Positions 41,300 through 54,815 of a stretch of DNA of 64,000 nt are shown in pieces. The DNA comes from Catajapyx aquilonaris (Eukaryota), in contig KZ538467.1 in the NCBI GenBank assembly GCA_000934665.2, positions 1 to 64,000 on the forward strand, in the 5' to 3' direction. The position numbers were made by a program, and so were the translations under genes. The notes beneath the pieces are model-generated. The model did no database searches and had not been told where the DNA came from. It was given only the letters and a program-made list of their open reading frames with translations. The stretch's first letter is position 1; every line of letters starts with the position of its first letter.

Positions 41300-43100
41300 G
41301 CGCTACAATGCGGCGTTAGCTTGCCACCACTTGGCTTACACATGCTCCAGGCGACGCACTAGGCCCGGCCTGAACAAAGGAAATGATGGTAATAATGGGG
41401 GCTGGCAACCCACAGCCCTCTATATTCCGCAGGAGGAACTCTTGTCTTCAGGATTTCCAAGAGAGTTCAAGATTGAGGACAATCAGTACCTTCAGAGTTG
41501 AGAGGGCGAATCCTCTATGTAAATCATGGGTGAACCTCGTATGTATCTGTCAGATCCATCGGGTAGCTCCAAGACAACTTTCTCTTCCAAGGTGTGTGGG
41601 TAATAACCTTCTGTGGTACCTACAGGAAGATGTCATGTCTTCAGGATACAAATACGAGGATTCAAAATTCCAAGTCATTCCACTTTCTCGTCCAGGCAAC
41701 AGTCGATGTATACAACTTCTCAATCGTCTTACAAATGTACGACGGTACGTCACCCCACTTTCATTTATACACCCATCGAATCTGAACTTGTATCTAGGCC
41801 GCGTTGTAACGCTCCTTGGAAGATGACCAGTCACCTTAGTCGCGACTCCTGCAAACACTGGGGTGCTGTATGCCTTTCTCAACTGCAGCCAACGCGTCAT
41901 GACATGACGGCTCGTCCTTGAAACGTCATGGCCCGGCTCGGGTCCTTCCGCGAATTGAGAACAGAATTGAAGCGAATTCTGAGCCCCCTCGCTGTCAGGC
42001 GCATGATCATAGCCTTCAATGTCATCAATTCCATGCATTCGATTTGTCGGCTGCATTCGACAGCACATGCACTCCACAGCAGCAGGCTCGACAACCCAGA
42101 ATCCGTCGTCCGTCCTTCCACCGCCTTGCTTGGACTTGCACAAAAATCGCTCTGATTCCCATCAAATCTCCGGTCAAATGGGAGCATGAAATGTCACTTC
42201 CCCGACGGCTAAATTTAGCGTCCAGTTGGGGATTAGCCGAATTAACTGCTTGCCAGTGACTATCCCAGGCCCATTTATTTTTGACCGGCGCACGCCATCA
42301 GCCTTGCAGTACACCAACGCAACAATACCCCGGATATAATACCCATTGCCCCCAAAGAAAACAGCCAATTCGGTTCATTATTCAGGACAACTGCAGCTGG
42401 TCGATCCTGCTGGGCCTGCAGCCTATACGTTACAGTAATGTCGCATACATGGCAAAATCTGCTTACACGTTAGTGCTGATTAGATCTTCCACAACGTGGA
42501 TGCCTGAATTTACAGGCACGAGTTTCGATTTCGGCCCATTTTTCACACACGACTGCATCAAAAGAGGGGGTGCATGAATACCAAAGCAGACTCACACAGG
42601 TAAGATTATTGCACAGGTTCCCACGTGCTGTCGAAATGTGAATATTCAGTTGGCGGTAGCCCATGACCATCTGCGCATTGTACGTGCATGGCCGCTTCAG
42701 AGGGGGCTCAAGTTGGTAATTAACGGGCCAGAATGTTAAGACATTGGTGACATTTTGTTTAATCGGATCACTCAAGGCTCGTTCAAGTCCACCCTGGGCC
42801 ATATTCATATTCGAGGTGGTCCAAATGTTAGCTCCTTCTTTTCTATTTGAAAGTTCAAAAGAGAGGGTTCTCGGTCGTCAGTGTCGGAAGGCAGTTGGCG
42901 GTACACATACAGAGAGAGAGACCTTGTGTGGCACAGGCCAGCCCTTAGGCCTGAATAAATTACACTTTGAGCACACTCCAAGTGTACGGATTTTGGGCAA
43001 ACACGCGGCCTGTTGGAGTCAGGGAGCCGGGGCCATCTGTTTGAAAGGGGAGCTGGCTTGCCCCAACTTGAAAGGAACCAAAACTCTACAGTGCCAGATT
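41300..43100 (-). mobile_element. Decayed RTE-like LINE ORF2 relic in the large intron
   Basis: Ordered remnants IRGIVALVYCKAD (cf. GIIVPLYKKGD), NQSDFCAS (QxGFR), GIDDIEGYDHAP (FIDLEKAYDxVP) and ESGMTWNFESS (GMxINxxKT) across shifted frames. Boundaries approximate. Confidence 0.6.
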
Positions 43101-45030
43101 ACAGCTTAGCCAGATCATCAGATGTCGCCAGGGTGCGTCCTAAGTTGGACACTCCACGCATAGAGTGCGACACCATCGTAAACTAGGAGGGGAACACACA
43201 CGTTACATACACGAACAAAATTTGCATTTACACAAGATTTCCTGGTTGATACACACATCCAATGCAAATGATGCTTCCCTTTCCTCCTTACTAAAGTACA
43301 CAACATATTACCAGGCCAACAATGTAGTTCTGTTCTGAATAGCAATATGGGAAGGGGAGGGGGGGGGGGGTTGGCTAATCTGCTGCCGGGATAGAATGGG
43401 TTCCACTTTTTCTCTCCTTTCGCGTGCGTTGCGCTCAGCCGAATGTGATAAAATATCACTCATGAACCTGATGCATTTCCGGAGATATGGGGATTGGGTG
43501 TCCCTGCCGCTTGCGTGACAATTTCCATGAAATATTTACGGGCGGGGCTCATGGAAGTGTCACTGGCGAACCGAGTCCGTGCACGGTGCAGATAAGACAT
43601 CTGGAGAAGTGCTGACGCCAAGCAAATGGCCCCAATTTAGTCCAGCCTTCCCAGCGGTAAATTTTATATTAATTATGCCCGTGTCACTTCTACCAAAACG
43701 TTTTTTTTTAACACAAAAAAATTTCATCTCTGAGTTCGACTTTCCTATTCCTTTCAAACTTTTCCATCACTTTGTCTCACAAACCACTTGTCTTTTTGTC
43801 GTACTCTGAGTGGTGTACTAAACTCGAATCTTGCCGCCGGAGTTGTAATGCCCTTATTTTAATCAGGATTAATTTCGTAATCAGCACATTACTTCACTAT
43901 GCGTCGTCACTTCCAGACAAAAGTGAAAGTGGTCATCGTATTTTCTCGCAAAAAAAAGAAGATAAATCTGGCTCTGAATGACCGGATGTTAATACAACAA
44001 TTGTAGATGAAACAGAAATATTTGGTAGAAGTTTGACAATATTCTGGTCGGTATACACGCCAATAAAGCCGAGTATGACAAAATCACTATTGGTCAGCAC
44101 GTTTCGTGATTCTATGATATTTATGTAGGGGGAATAAACCGTAGGGTTGAGTACCCTTAATGAATACAGTATATGGCTCTACACAGTATTCATACACTTC
44201 ATATATACCAAGCAACTCATTGCTTTCGCAAGTTACGTCATAAAAAAGGTGCAGCACAAATAATCCGAATGCATTGTGTAGGCCATAATGTGATACCCCC
44301 AGACAGTATGAATAGGCAATCACTTAATAATACTCACTCGCTAAGTACGCCAAGTCTCTCACATCGAAGGAACTCGTATGATACGAAGAGACATTAGCAT
44401 GCTCTAGAATGCCAATATCTGACCAACATGTTATTCTAATCATGCTTTGTGTGACTCATGTTTTGTCCACCACACACATTGTTATGACTGCAGTTTGCCA
44501 TGCTGATTCATTCACTTCTTTCCTCAGTGAGATATGTCCAAACTGGCAGAACTATATAGGAGTCTGCATCTACAGTGACACCAACAAGAGCTATCGTCCA
44601 AAAGCCTAATAGCTGGCAAGGAAAATAAATAAAAAAGTATAAAAAATGCATTATGAGGTGAGATAAAACCATCTGGACAAGAACAGCGCTTCCTCTCCCC
44701 CTACCCCCACCTATCCAGTACTATAATGAGGCTGCTAGCATTCCGGGCAGGCCCGATCGTTATGCACGATATCCGATTGCATATACAGTGGTGGGATGGC
44801 TTGCTCTGCCGGATTTTCTTCCCCTCTTTCTTCCACTTCCCCCTTTTCTCCGCCTAACTATCTCAAAAGCCTAAGAAAATGTCCGAGGATGAATATTCCA
44901 GCCAGACGCTTTTTCTCCCTCAATTAATTAGCCAATTAAAATGTACCAGTTAGTATCAACTTGATTGTTGTTGAACTACTCTGTACTAAAGTCCGGTTTT
45001 ATCAGCATATCCAAGATTTTGCACTCACTA

Positions 45031-45380
45031 TCAGAAAAGGACGTGACGTATGACGTTTCAAGCACCAATCATATGTACGATGAGATTGAATATTTGAATC
45101 TCATTGGGCTGGAGCAGCCCCTGGACACTTATACTACATTCTGAGCTTATTGCCTGCCGAGGAGTTTTGCAGCGGGTGCTCACCTGAGAGCGCCACCAGA
45201 GCAATTATGTGGCGAATGTCTCATGGCGCTCTCAGGTGAGCACCCGCTGCAAAACGCCTCGGCAGGGGGTGGGTGGGAGTGACCTAACCTGAGTCTTCTA
45301 AAACCATGGGCTAGAGGTAGAGGATCGTGCTTCTGATTGGTGCTTTATGAAACGTCATCATACGTCACGTCCCTTTCTGA
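45031..45380. repeat. Nested inverted repeats (MITE-like foldback)
   Basis: Outer arms tcagaaaaggacgtgacgtatgacgtttcaagcaccaatca / tgattggtgc...aaacgtcatcatacgtcacgtccctttctga. Inner near-perfect arms cctgccgaggagttttgcagcgggtgctcacctgagagcgcca mirrored within 45153-45266. Confidence 0.8.
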
Positions 45381-46275
45381 AATTGGTCATACTATCGCAA
45401 TCTGCCAAGTGACTCACCAACCCCCCATTTTTTTTAAAAAAAACAGTTTCATTAATAGTCACAACTCTAGGCCTAGATCCGGTAGTCCCTGGCACTAGGA
45501 CACATCCTTCTCTTTCTCGACAGCCAGGTTCTGGAAATAATCTCATTTACTCGACCAACCACATGCATAATCCAAGCAACAACGACCGCCACTTTCATTT
45601 CACACGGTAGCGGTGTTACTGGCACACACACAAAAAAAAAAAACCCCTCCACAATGTACAAGCTGCTCTAGAAGGAATTGTCATTAAAAAAAAAGTAGGC
45701 CTGAGTATGGAACTGGCATAATCACGTGCATGCAAGAACTGGATCGGGCCGCAACCCGCAGATAAAAGGGCGAATCGTCATCTGGCCTTCTGTTGCTATA
45801 GTTAGCCGGTCAGATTAGACTTAGTGGTGACCTTGCTAGTATTTTTACTAGGATCCACCGTACTATATATATATTTTTTTGCTATGTTGAGATTCTCAAC
45901 TAGTGCCAACCTGTGGAGGAAGTTTCACTCGCACACATCAGGTGAGTGACCCCTTAGCTTGGCTTCGAGGGTGGCCACATACGCCTTGGAAGAATTTACG
46001 CACATTTTGCAATGTGTTGCAGCAGTAGAGGCCGCCGGTACAGTATTATTAACCTTGGCAAGGTCGGCCTTTTGCTGGCTTGCTTGGTTTGCTTGCTTGC
46101 TTGCCCATGAGCTTGGCTCGGTTCTAGTTGGGGTTGGTGGCAACATCTCAAAGGGGGACAGACAATACACGTCACGACCCCCAACGCGCCCACACTTGCT
46201 TTCGTAACGGTGCCCAGACATGCGAGCAAGAGAAATATCGTCACCTCAAAGGTTGGCCATCACTTATGCCATTTA

Positions 46276-46438
46276 CAGGGTGGCCCGCATTTTTTTAAAA
46301 AATGGTGGATACAATGTGTCCTAAAATTTCGCAACCTGTTGATTTTCCTGAAAAAGGGAATGATAGTTTGAAATGGAATGAGGCTAAGTGGCTATTTACC
46401 TGATTATACGGGTGGAGGAGTCAGCGAGTATCACCCTG
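46276..46438. mobile_element. Possible Tc1/mariner-type MITE remnant
   Basis: TA|CAGGGTG ... CACCCTG|TA; only 7-bp TIR identity. Confidence 0.45.
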
Positions 46439-49400
46439 TATATTTGATGTTAATGGCAGAAGCCATTACAGGTACACCATTCAAAAATGTCAAAAGACCA
46501 CGGTTCTTAGATATTTACCCACCGCATATACTGTAACTGACACAGATATAATAGAATGATGAAAGCCATCCCCCTCCCTGATAATGGCTGGGGTTCATCA
46601 GCTATATTATGATAGCCGGCCATAGAAGTGTCACAAAATCATTATAGGCTTGTGTGTACATCTTTCGGTGAGGCGGGCTGTATGCCGTGGAATATCGGCA
46701 GCTGCTTCCGGAAATGATTAGGGACAATTAAGGCACTGTCACCGGCACGTCCTTGGCTCATATGGCAATATACAATATTGTCCAAAATGACAGATATCAG
46801 ACTTCCTCGTCACGATAAGGAAATCTGCCGGTCGTGTGCAGAAACACCCTTTCTCCATATAAAGTCCGGAAGCCCCAGGGTGACATGTGTGCTACAGGTT
46901 GCAGAATGAGGGACATGAACAACTTAGTACCCCCAGGCACCACCAGACTATTCCATGTCAAAAAAATAATAATAATAATTTCTGACCGAAGAGGTCGCTC
47001 GGTGAATCGTGACATCCGCATGACCCCTCTAGGGCAGTCACATAATGTCGGTACCCATCCTGATATTTTTACCATGCCGTGAGTGGAAACCCAGAGCAAA
47101 AAGGTAGGCCTAGAAACATGGCGGAAGCAACCTTGGATCGATGTGTAGCTAACTCACCCCCCTTGGTCTCTCTCTCTCTCTCTCTTTCCCTCCGGCTCCC
47201 CTCCTAACTTTAGGCCCGGCATAGAATACACTGTTTGCTCAGCAAGTGGTTTTCGCCAATAAGATCATCTCTCCATCTACCATACACTTCCTCCCCCCAT
47301 CTCCGCTATAATCACCGCAATCACCTAACCCAATCGGATGTTCAATCAGCGATACAGGGTGCATCAAAAGTATTAAAATTTAACAATATTTTTTTATATA
47401 AAATTATTGAATATATGGAATTCTGGAAGTGACGTCATCATTCCCATACGTGACGTCACCTGAACCAAGTTCGAGCTCCAGCCTAGGAGAAAAGTAAACT
47501 TGCACTGGCTCCTCCGACATTTCCTTTTATCCCGTGGAGCCGGAGTGAACTTTGCTCACGTTCCCTGTTCAGCTGCTGACCCGGTACGCCAACCCCTGGC
47601 TCCTAGGCGTCACATCGATTCTCTAAGCCGACAAGATTCCATCTTTCAGGACCAAGTGTGACACTTCCGCAGAAAAGTGGTCCAGCGGATATTTCCAGGG
47701 AATTGTTGGGGGGGTCGATACTATAGCTGCCTAGTACTCGTCTTGTAGTATACCGTAGTGCAAGCGTAGCGGTTGGGTGGGGGAGGAAAAGGGGAAGGAG
47801 GGGGTGGAGAGGGATCAATGTTGCCGTCTTTTTCTTGCTTTCGCAAGACCAGATATAAGAGAGTTAAAATTACGCAATCGTCAATAAATGGTATAACGAG
47901 ATTACTGTAAGAGCTTGCTTATCCAACTGGGAAATTTGCATATCTAAAATAACAAAAAAAAATGTTTTATTCTCCGAGGAATAAAAAAAAATGCGGGTTG
48001 CAACAGCATGTGCTTCGTTGATCAGCCAACCATGTAGCGATTACGAATGCGATTTGCAAAAATTACTTCACACTTCGACAAACATTTCCGTACCTAACTG
48101 TAATTACATATTTGACTAATAAGGTCCTCACTGTCATAAGGTGAATTGTTAAAGCTTAGAGACAATGCTTTAAAAAAAAATAAAAATAAAACTAGAACTT
48201 CTCTCGGTTCTACCCAAAAGGGTAAAAGGTTAGGCGATATTACACGCTTCCCTGGCTTAGTCGTTTGTTATAATGATGGCAACGTTCATGCAAAACGGTC
48301 GAAAAGCTGCAGTCCCACTATGGAGCGAACCCTTTGAAAGTTGCAGGAAGTGTCGTGACTTCTGTGACATGCGGTAGTTTTCAGCAGCTCCAATTTCGCA
48401 AACATTCCCCCGAGTTCAAATGGAGCTCAACTGCGCGCAAACAAAAACATACAGAGTCGAATGTTCGGAACCTTCTAAGTGCGTTAACCTTACAAACTTG
48501 ATATTGCCACATAGAAAGGAGTGTAATTAACATCCAGACCCTGAATTTGTCTGCCGAGTTAGGTACAGTATACCGTCACGCTTTGCTTATAATCTATTCA
48601 CAAGCTACTGTAGGATTCTCAAGCGTTCTGATTTACCCTCAAGCTAACTTGCTCATTATCGCGCAATTAAATTTTTTTTTTCTTCTCTTCACTAGATTTA
48701 TGCGCAACTGCATCGCAAAGCTGGCGTGTTAGCACAAGTGCACGTAATCCGAATAATGCGGCACCTAGCAATTCCGGGCCCGGCAATATTTTTCGCAAAA
48801 ATGCTGCATCGACACAACCTTTGCTGTAGGCATTACGAGTACTGTGTAAACATGATGTACAATGTTGTTTTTTATTGTCTCGCAGTTAGTTTTTTTTTTA
48901 AATCCCAAGGCTAAACCATAGCTGTCAGTACTAACAGGTGTAGGCTACAGTAAACATGTGTTTATAACAATATCACTGTCCGAAACAATAATTTATTAAC
49001 TGGGCCTCGGTTGATTTCACAAATAGTCGCCGGAAAATAACCGCTACATTCCTGTATAACTCGCAATGTTAACATAATAGGACGTAACTGATTTATGGAA
49101 GAAAAAAAATTACATACTTCAAACCCCACCCACATCCTGAGTGAACCCGTTATATCCACGTACAGTACACTGTAGGCGTAATTATTATTGACTGATGTTT
49201 CAACTTTTACCAGACACTTTGGACGCTGGGGATTTTATTAATAACATTATCATAATTTATGTCAGGCCTGTACACAAGCCACCAGTCATTACGTCATGCG
49301 CCACTATGATAACCTCCTCAATTACAAACAAGTGCACGCGTTAATAATAATAACAAGTGCACAAGATCGGCTTCTTATAACGGCTAATACCAAATAGAGT

Positions 49401-51158
49401 GGAACGATTACAAACCCTCATTATCTCCTAAAGTCATAAAGGTCGTGTTGGCAAATCCAACTTTTCCTCCTACACTTTCCTTCGAACTCCTCCCGACCAA
49501 TATTATTGAGGACACTTTCTCATAACAATTGTTCAAAATATTTGTAGAAATAAATCAGATTCCAGTTGCGCTAACAAGCCTTTTCAGTAGCCTCACCTTT
49601 ATTCCCCATGAAACACAAGCCTGGCATGAGCGCATTATTTCAATACAACCAACCACCCGTTTATGCAGGTACATTTTTCCCCCCACCAGAGCATAAAAAC
49701 AATGCGTTGCAAACTTTTTATTCCTGCCTGGACCGGACCGAGGGTTAATTGCAAAAAGAAGACCCCCCGCAAAGTTGTGACAATTCCAAATTGCACATGT
49801 TATGAAATGCTGAACACACATTCTGCCCCACCGGTATACATTCGCCGTACGATGCCACTGAAGCAATTTCAAAAGCCCGCGTTAGATTTGTGGTGTTCAT
49901 AAGTTTCCGCGAGTTCAGCCTGTAAAATTTATACCTAATATGGTACACACGGTATTATTATTATTATTATTATCATTATCTCCATTTTTTTCCTGTCAGT
50001 TATCTCACCTGCACTGTACTGATTGTGTCGCATTGGGCCGGATCAAGAGCTCAGATGTGATTAGCTCCTACCTTTCGCTATACTTATACGCCACGTAAAT
50101 ACCGAAACAATAGAACCCCTCACATAATACCAGCATGCTAGGGACGCATCCCGTTCCGGTTGACCCCCGTTTTAGTTGACAACCATGCATCCAATATCGA
50201 TCATCCAGAAACAACCAACTTATGCATCATTTGAACAAGTGAGTGCAAAATCCAGGCCTCGGGAGTAGCCAGAAAACACGGCCGAACCTTGAACCCTCAC
50301 AGCAGAAACAATCAGGGCAGGGAGTAGAGGGAGGGGGGAGGGGGGGGGGGGATGGAGCCCACTCCAGCGTGAAACGCAATACACAAAGTGACACCTGCAT
50401 TGTAGACTCTCCTTTTTTGCTGCTGGTTCGTTGGACCCCAAATGCGTGTTTACCTCACCCAAACTGATTCATCAATCATCGCATTACGTTGCTTCCGAAT
50501 CAGCTCGACGATGGCGCCACCGCAACTCCCCCCCTCCAACGGTCGTCCAGCCGCCATATTTGCGCCTCCAGGAGAACATTCGCTCCCCAATAACGCGTCT
50601 ACAAATTTTCCTGCCAATACCGGCCCTGAGTAATGGCCAAAACTCCGCTTCTTCAGGACCAATCCTTCCCAAAGATGAACCCTCATTACGCCTCGCGCCT
50701 TAGCCGCCAAATGATCGCGTTTTACGCCGCTTTTCCCCCTGCCGTTCCATGTCAACAGACTCGGCTAAAGGGCGATAAAGTGTCGGCCTGGTAGCGATTT
50801 GGCCCATCCCCGTCCGATTATGATAGGCGGTGAAAGCACGCACGGGCTAGTGTGTGTGCGCCAGAGGTGTACATGTGTGTGGCGTTTTGACTGGCAGGTA
50901 CCTCTCATCCATTATCGGTGTACCAAGGCTGCTCATTTAGCACAATTTTGTGCCTCTGCACACTGCTACGTACGTGTGTACTCTCAAGTGTACCGGACGT
51001 CCACATCTGGCAATACCGCTTCTGTGTATACCGGTATCGGATTGTTACGAGTGATGAGAGTCCTATTCACTCATGCGTGCTTGCTGTCACGCTGAGGAGA
51101 ATGGGGTTGGCTGGCAAAAACGCCCGTATCCTTTCTTTCGTTTGTCTTTTTTGCTCAC

Positions 51159-51609
51159 CCGGTACAGGCTACACGGTGAGTCAGTCATCGTGACGAGTGT
51201 TGCATACGAAACCTGGCAGTCGTGTTAATTATTTCGGTCGTGCAGTCATTTTAACAGCTCGAATTCGGTTGTTGACAGGCCTTTATGAATTATCCTCGTC
51301 AATGTCAGTGCGGTGTACTGTGAGAATATGTAGTGGACTCTGGTCTCATCGCATCGGACCTGACTATTTCCACCTTAAGGCACCATTACCGTCAGTAGTA
51401 CAACCCGGACCAAGGAGGTAACCACTCGACTGAAAAGTGTACACTGGAGTACCAAATTCAAGGAGTACCTGGGAGTACCCCTGGCAGGTGTACACCGGAG
51501 TACCGAACCCCGACCCAGACCTTACCGTCATTTAAAAATTGCCTCCACTGTTGTGTACATTGAACTAGCATTTTAATGCTCAGTGTAACGTGAGGCTACC
51601 GCAACTGAG
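51159..51609 (-). promoter_or_regulatory. Candidate internal promoter with two non-coding exons (about 51607-51526 and 51429-51159)
   Basis: Arthropod Inr-like TCAGTT near 51609-51604, donor ACG|gtaagg (51525), 96-nt intron, acceptor cttttcag| (51430) and donor CGG|gtgagc (51158), all in a CpG-rich stretch. Confidence 0.35.
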
Positions 51610-53858
51610 GAGATAACGGCGGTATGTCGCGTCCAGTTTCACAATAGCAGACAGGAATGCGACAGTCCTTGAACTTGGCACACTCTTTCGACGAACCTGC
51701 TCTTATTTCAATTAAATTCCGCTCATATTTGAAAACCGACACCTTCCATCCAGACATGTCTGGCCACGAGCTGATAAATTATTTTTTTAACGCCGCTCTT
51801 TAATACGCTGTTCCGACTCGGGAGACGGGACTGTGCGCTTCTGCCACCTAGTGCGCCTGCGCGTGCTGGGCTCTGGCTAACACGACTTGGGTGTGGCCCA
51901 GGCTAAACCGGTTATCGGCAGCCGATAGGGCGGAAACTAGATTGAGCTCCACGCCTTCAGCCAACAATGCTTCAGGACGCTCATGCGCGCTCAGGCTCAA
52001 CGGACACACTTTTTTTTTTATCTGTTTCGTTCGCCGTTTGACGTTCGCCGTTTCAGGGCGCGAACCTAATTACCTTCTCGGCCCAGTCTCGAGCGCATTT
52101 GCCCATCAAAACGTGAGACTAAATGGAGTTTACACCCTATCGGATCCAGCAAACCGGTTCTGGATAAAGCGTAACGTCAGACGTATGGGGGGGCGCAAAA
52201 AACGCAGGCGTCAAGACACATGTTACGCTAATTGCGCTGGATGACAGCGCAGCGTGAGGATACAATACATTTTTTAAAAAAAATCGGTAATGAATGGCAT
52301 AACCTACATCGGACCCTGGGTATAACGGAAACTTGTATATTACGGAAAATATATTTTGTCCTGTAATGCGGAAATGTGGGTCTTTGAGGAAGGCAAAACC
52401 TGTGTATAGCGGAATATACGGCATTCACAACTTTGGGCGAATCGGGTTCGGGAGGATGAGCGTGACGGGCGTGCGGGAGTGAAAAATCGCTCTCGCGGGC
52501 CGGACAAATTCGGTGTTCGCAAAGCATACAGACTTGGGGGAACCAATTCGGAGACATGTTAATTATTTTAACCTAGTTTAGTTCAATCCGTCATAGCGGA
52601 AACTTGTCTATTACGGAAAATGAGGATTTTGCGATGTATCACGGTAATTTTTCGCCGACGTTATAATATTAAAAAGCAAAACACAGTTTTTTAAAAAATA
52701 TATGTTATCTAGTAGTCATCCGGGCTTGAAATTTGCAAATTTCCTCATTTAAAAATGGCCACAAAAGGTGCCAGTTATAATTTGAATTTTCATGACAGCC
52801 GTACATCATGGACAATTTTTGCCACACCGTGTTTAATACAATTAAAATAAGCATTTCTCTGACGCGTCGTCACGCAGTGTAACCATCAATTAAAAATTAT
52901 TTTAGCTAACCACACACGGGTACAAAATATCGGCCATTGTCACAATTAAAATTTTAAAAAATTCCGGCATAATTTTAACGCCTTGCGGTAGTTTAAAATG
53001 CCAAAACAGCAAATTTCAACAGAATTTCACTACTTGGTGCGAACATTTAAAAAGTTTCACTTTTTCACCGAATATTACTTACGCTCGTACACCGCACTTT
53101 TCCACTACCAGTTTCACTATTCCGCTCATAAAAACTTTGCATTCAACACCTTCCCTATCATTTTTTTGAGCCATACATGACTCAGTAACGCCACTTAGAA
53201 AGTACCATTAATAAATCAGACCAGCTCGTTACCGGAACCCGCACGTTTCATCCGCTTCTTTCAAAAAAAAAAAAAAAAAAACCCTCCCCCCAACACAAAA
53301 GAACACATTGTACACTATTTTTGTTGTTGTTGTTTTTAATTTTCGCAATCCCACACACCCTATAACTTTCAATTTCCACCACAAGGACATTTTTTTTTTT
53401 TCAAACCGGAAAAAAAACTCACCTACTACGGATACTAATTCAGGGTCAAAAAGTGTTTGACCTACAAGCCCACATTGATTCAAGTTGAAGGCGCGCGCGC
53501 GGTATGTTACTTTCACTCAAAAATTTCACTCCCCAAGTTCAACCAGCCTTCACATACACACACATATTACGCACCTGTGGACGGTATGGCTGCGACTGGA
53601 CGGAGGCTCCGTCAATGTCCATGGCTGCCTCCCATTTCAGCAAGCCTACCTACACTCCAGGCCTTTTTCACCCGCCCACCCACCCACACACTTACACACA
53701 CATAACTGCGCACGCGTCCATCACACCCTATACATTGTCGCAAATGTTTTTAAATTGCTTCAAAAAAAAAAATGGTATGAGTCACTCTATGAATGACATG
53801 GATGCTGTTTTTTTTTGTATTGGTAATCTTATCTTTTGTTTGTAAACAGTGTACTCAC

Positions 53859-53922
53859 CTGCTTGCGGGTCGTCGATGTGCTCGTCGTCGGATTCCGTGC
53901 CCGAATCGTGGTCGTCGTCCGC
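53859..53922 (-). CDS. Reph: Reph/FAM53-like gene, 64-nt exon (ADDDHDSGTESDDEHIDDPQA)
   Basis: Acceptor ccttccgtag|GCG and perfect donor G|gtgagt. Phase 0 in, phase 1 out; G+CC joins in frame to ATG 36767. Confidence 0.85.
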
Positions 53923-54362
53923 CTACGGAAGGTGGTCACAGGTCAGGTCAATCGGGAGGACGGATGTCAATGAGGGGGGGGGGGGGGNCAATGCACATTC
54001 ACCCACAAGCATTCGGAAAATAGGGGGAAAAAAGGGGGGTTTATACACAACACCCAGCCATACCGGTACAATGTGTCATGTGCGTGGGGGTCATGCGGAA
54101 ACAACAAATTTTTTGACCGCCGTACCGAAGCGTGCACCACCTATAGTCCCCTTCACAACAAAGAAAACACCGGGAGGCACAGGAATGGACACAAAAAAAA
54201 AGGAAGAAGCAAGAGACGTGGCAGCCATCTTAGCGAAGGTTTAGTCATGACCTTCATGGTAGGGGCACAAAAAGAGTCCCAAAAAACATATTAGGACCGG
54301 GAAAATATGTACCGGATATTTTTAAGGTAGGGTACAGGACAGGTACACGAAGAAAACCCTAC

Positions 54363-54423
54363 CTTGTAGAAGTGAGGCTGTTCCTCATTCAGTGATTGTG
54401 TCCTTAGTTTGTGAGTCAGATAC
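54363..54423 (-). CDS. Reph: Reph/FAM53-like gene, 61-nt exon (YLTHKLRTQSLNEEQPHFYK)
   Basis: Branch-like ctaac plus acceptor gctcag|G; donor AAG|gtaggg. Phase 2 in, phase 0 out. The peptide resembles the FAM53 N-terminal LITEKLQSQSLDD motif. Confidence 0.8.
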
Positions 54424-54815
54424 CTGAGCATTACTGTTAGGCGAAGGGTATGGGGTTAAGGGGTACGGGTACCAAAAAACCAAAAAAAGCTTGTTACTTA
54501 CGGGCAGTCACACGTCAAAAAACACAATGGACGGGGGTAGAAGCAGTGTGTGGGTGTGAGTGCGTGTGACCACTTTTTCAAAATTTCCCCCACTATTTTA
54601 TCCGACGCACATAAAAACAGAACAAGTCGGGTACGAACATACACACTTTGTCCTCCGTATAAATTTTTTTTTTTAAAAGGGGGGTTAACGGGGGGTTCAA
54701 ACGCACATGAAAAACTGAAAAACCACGTGCTGTTCAATAGGTTCGGTGTAGGTACTCGGATCAGGTCAGGGGTCAGTGGGGGGGGATCTTTCGGGGCACC
54801 AACCCCCTACCGCAC

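Noticed and set aside
51435..51505. Repeated gtgtacac.ggagtacc motifs resembling a tiny repeat-spacer array
   Set aside because: Only 2-4 short irregular units in eukaryotic intronic DNA, with no constant spacer length and no cas genes; not CRISPR.
52320..52622. Direct repeat ata.cggaaacttgt.tattacggaaaat at about 52322 and 52592
   Set aside because: Probably subterminal repeats of a decayed DNA transposon; no termini could be defined.
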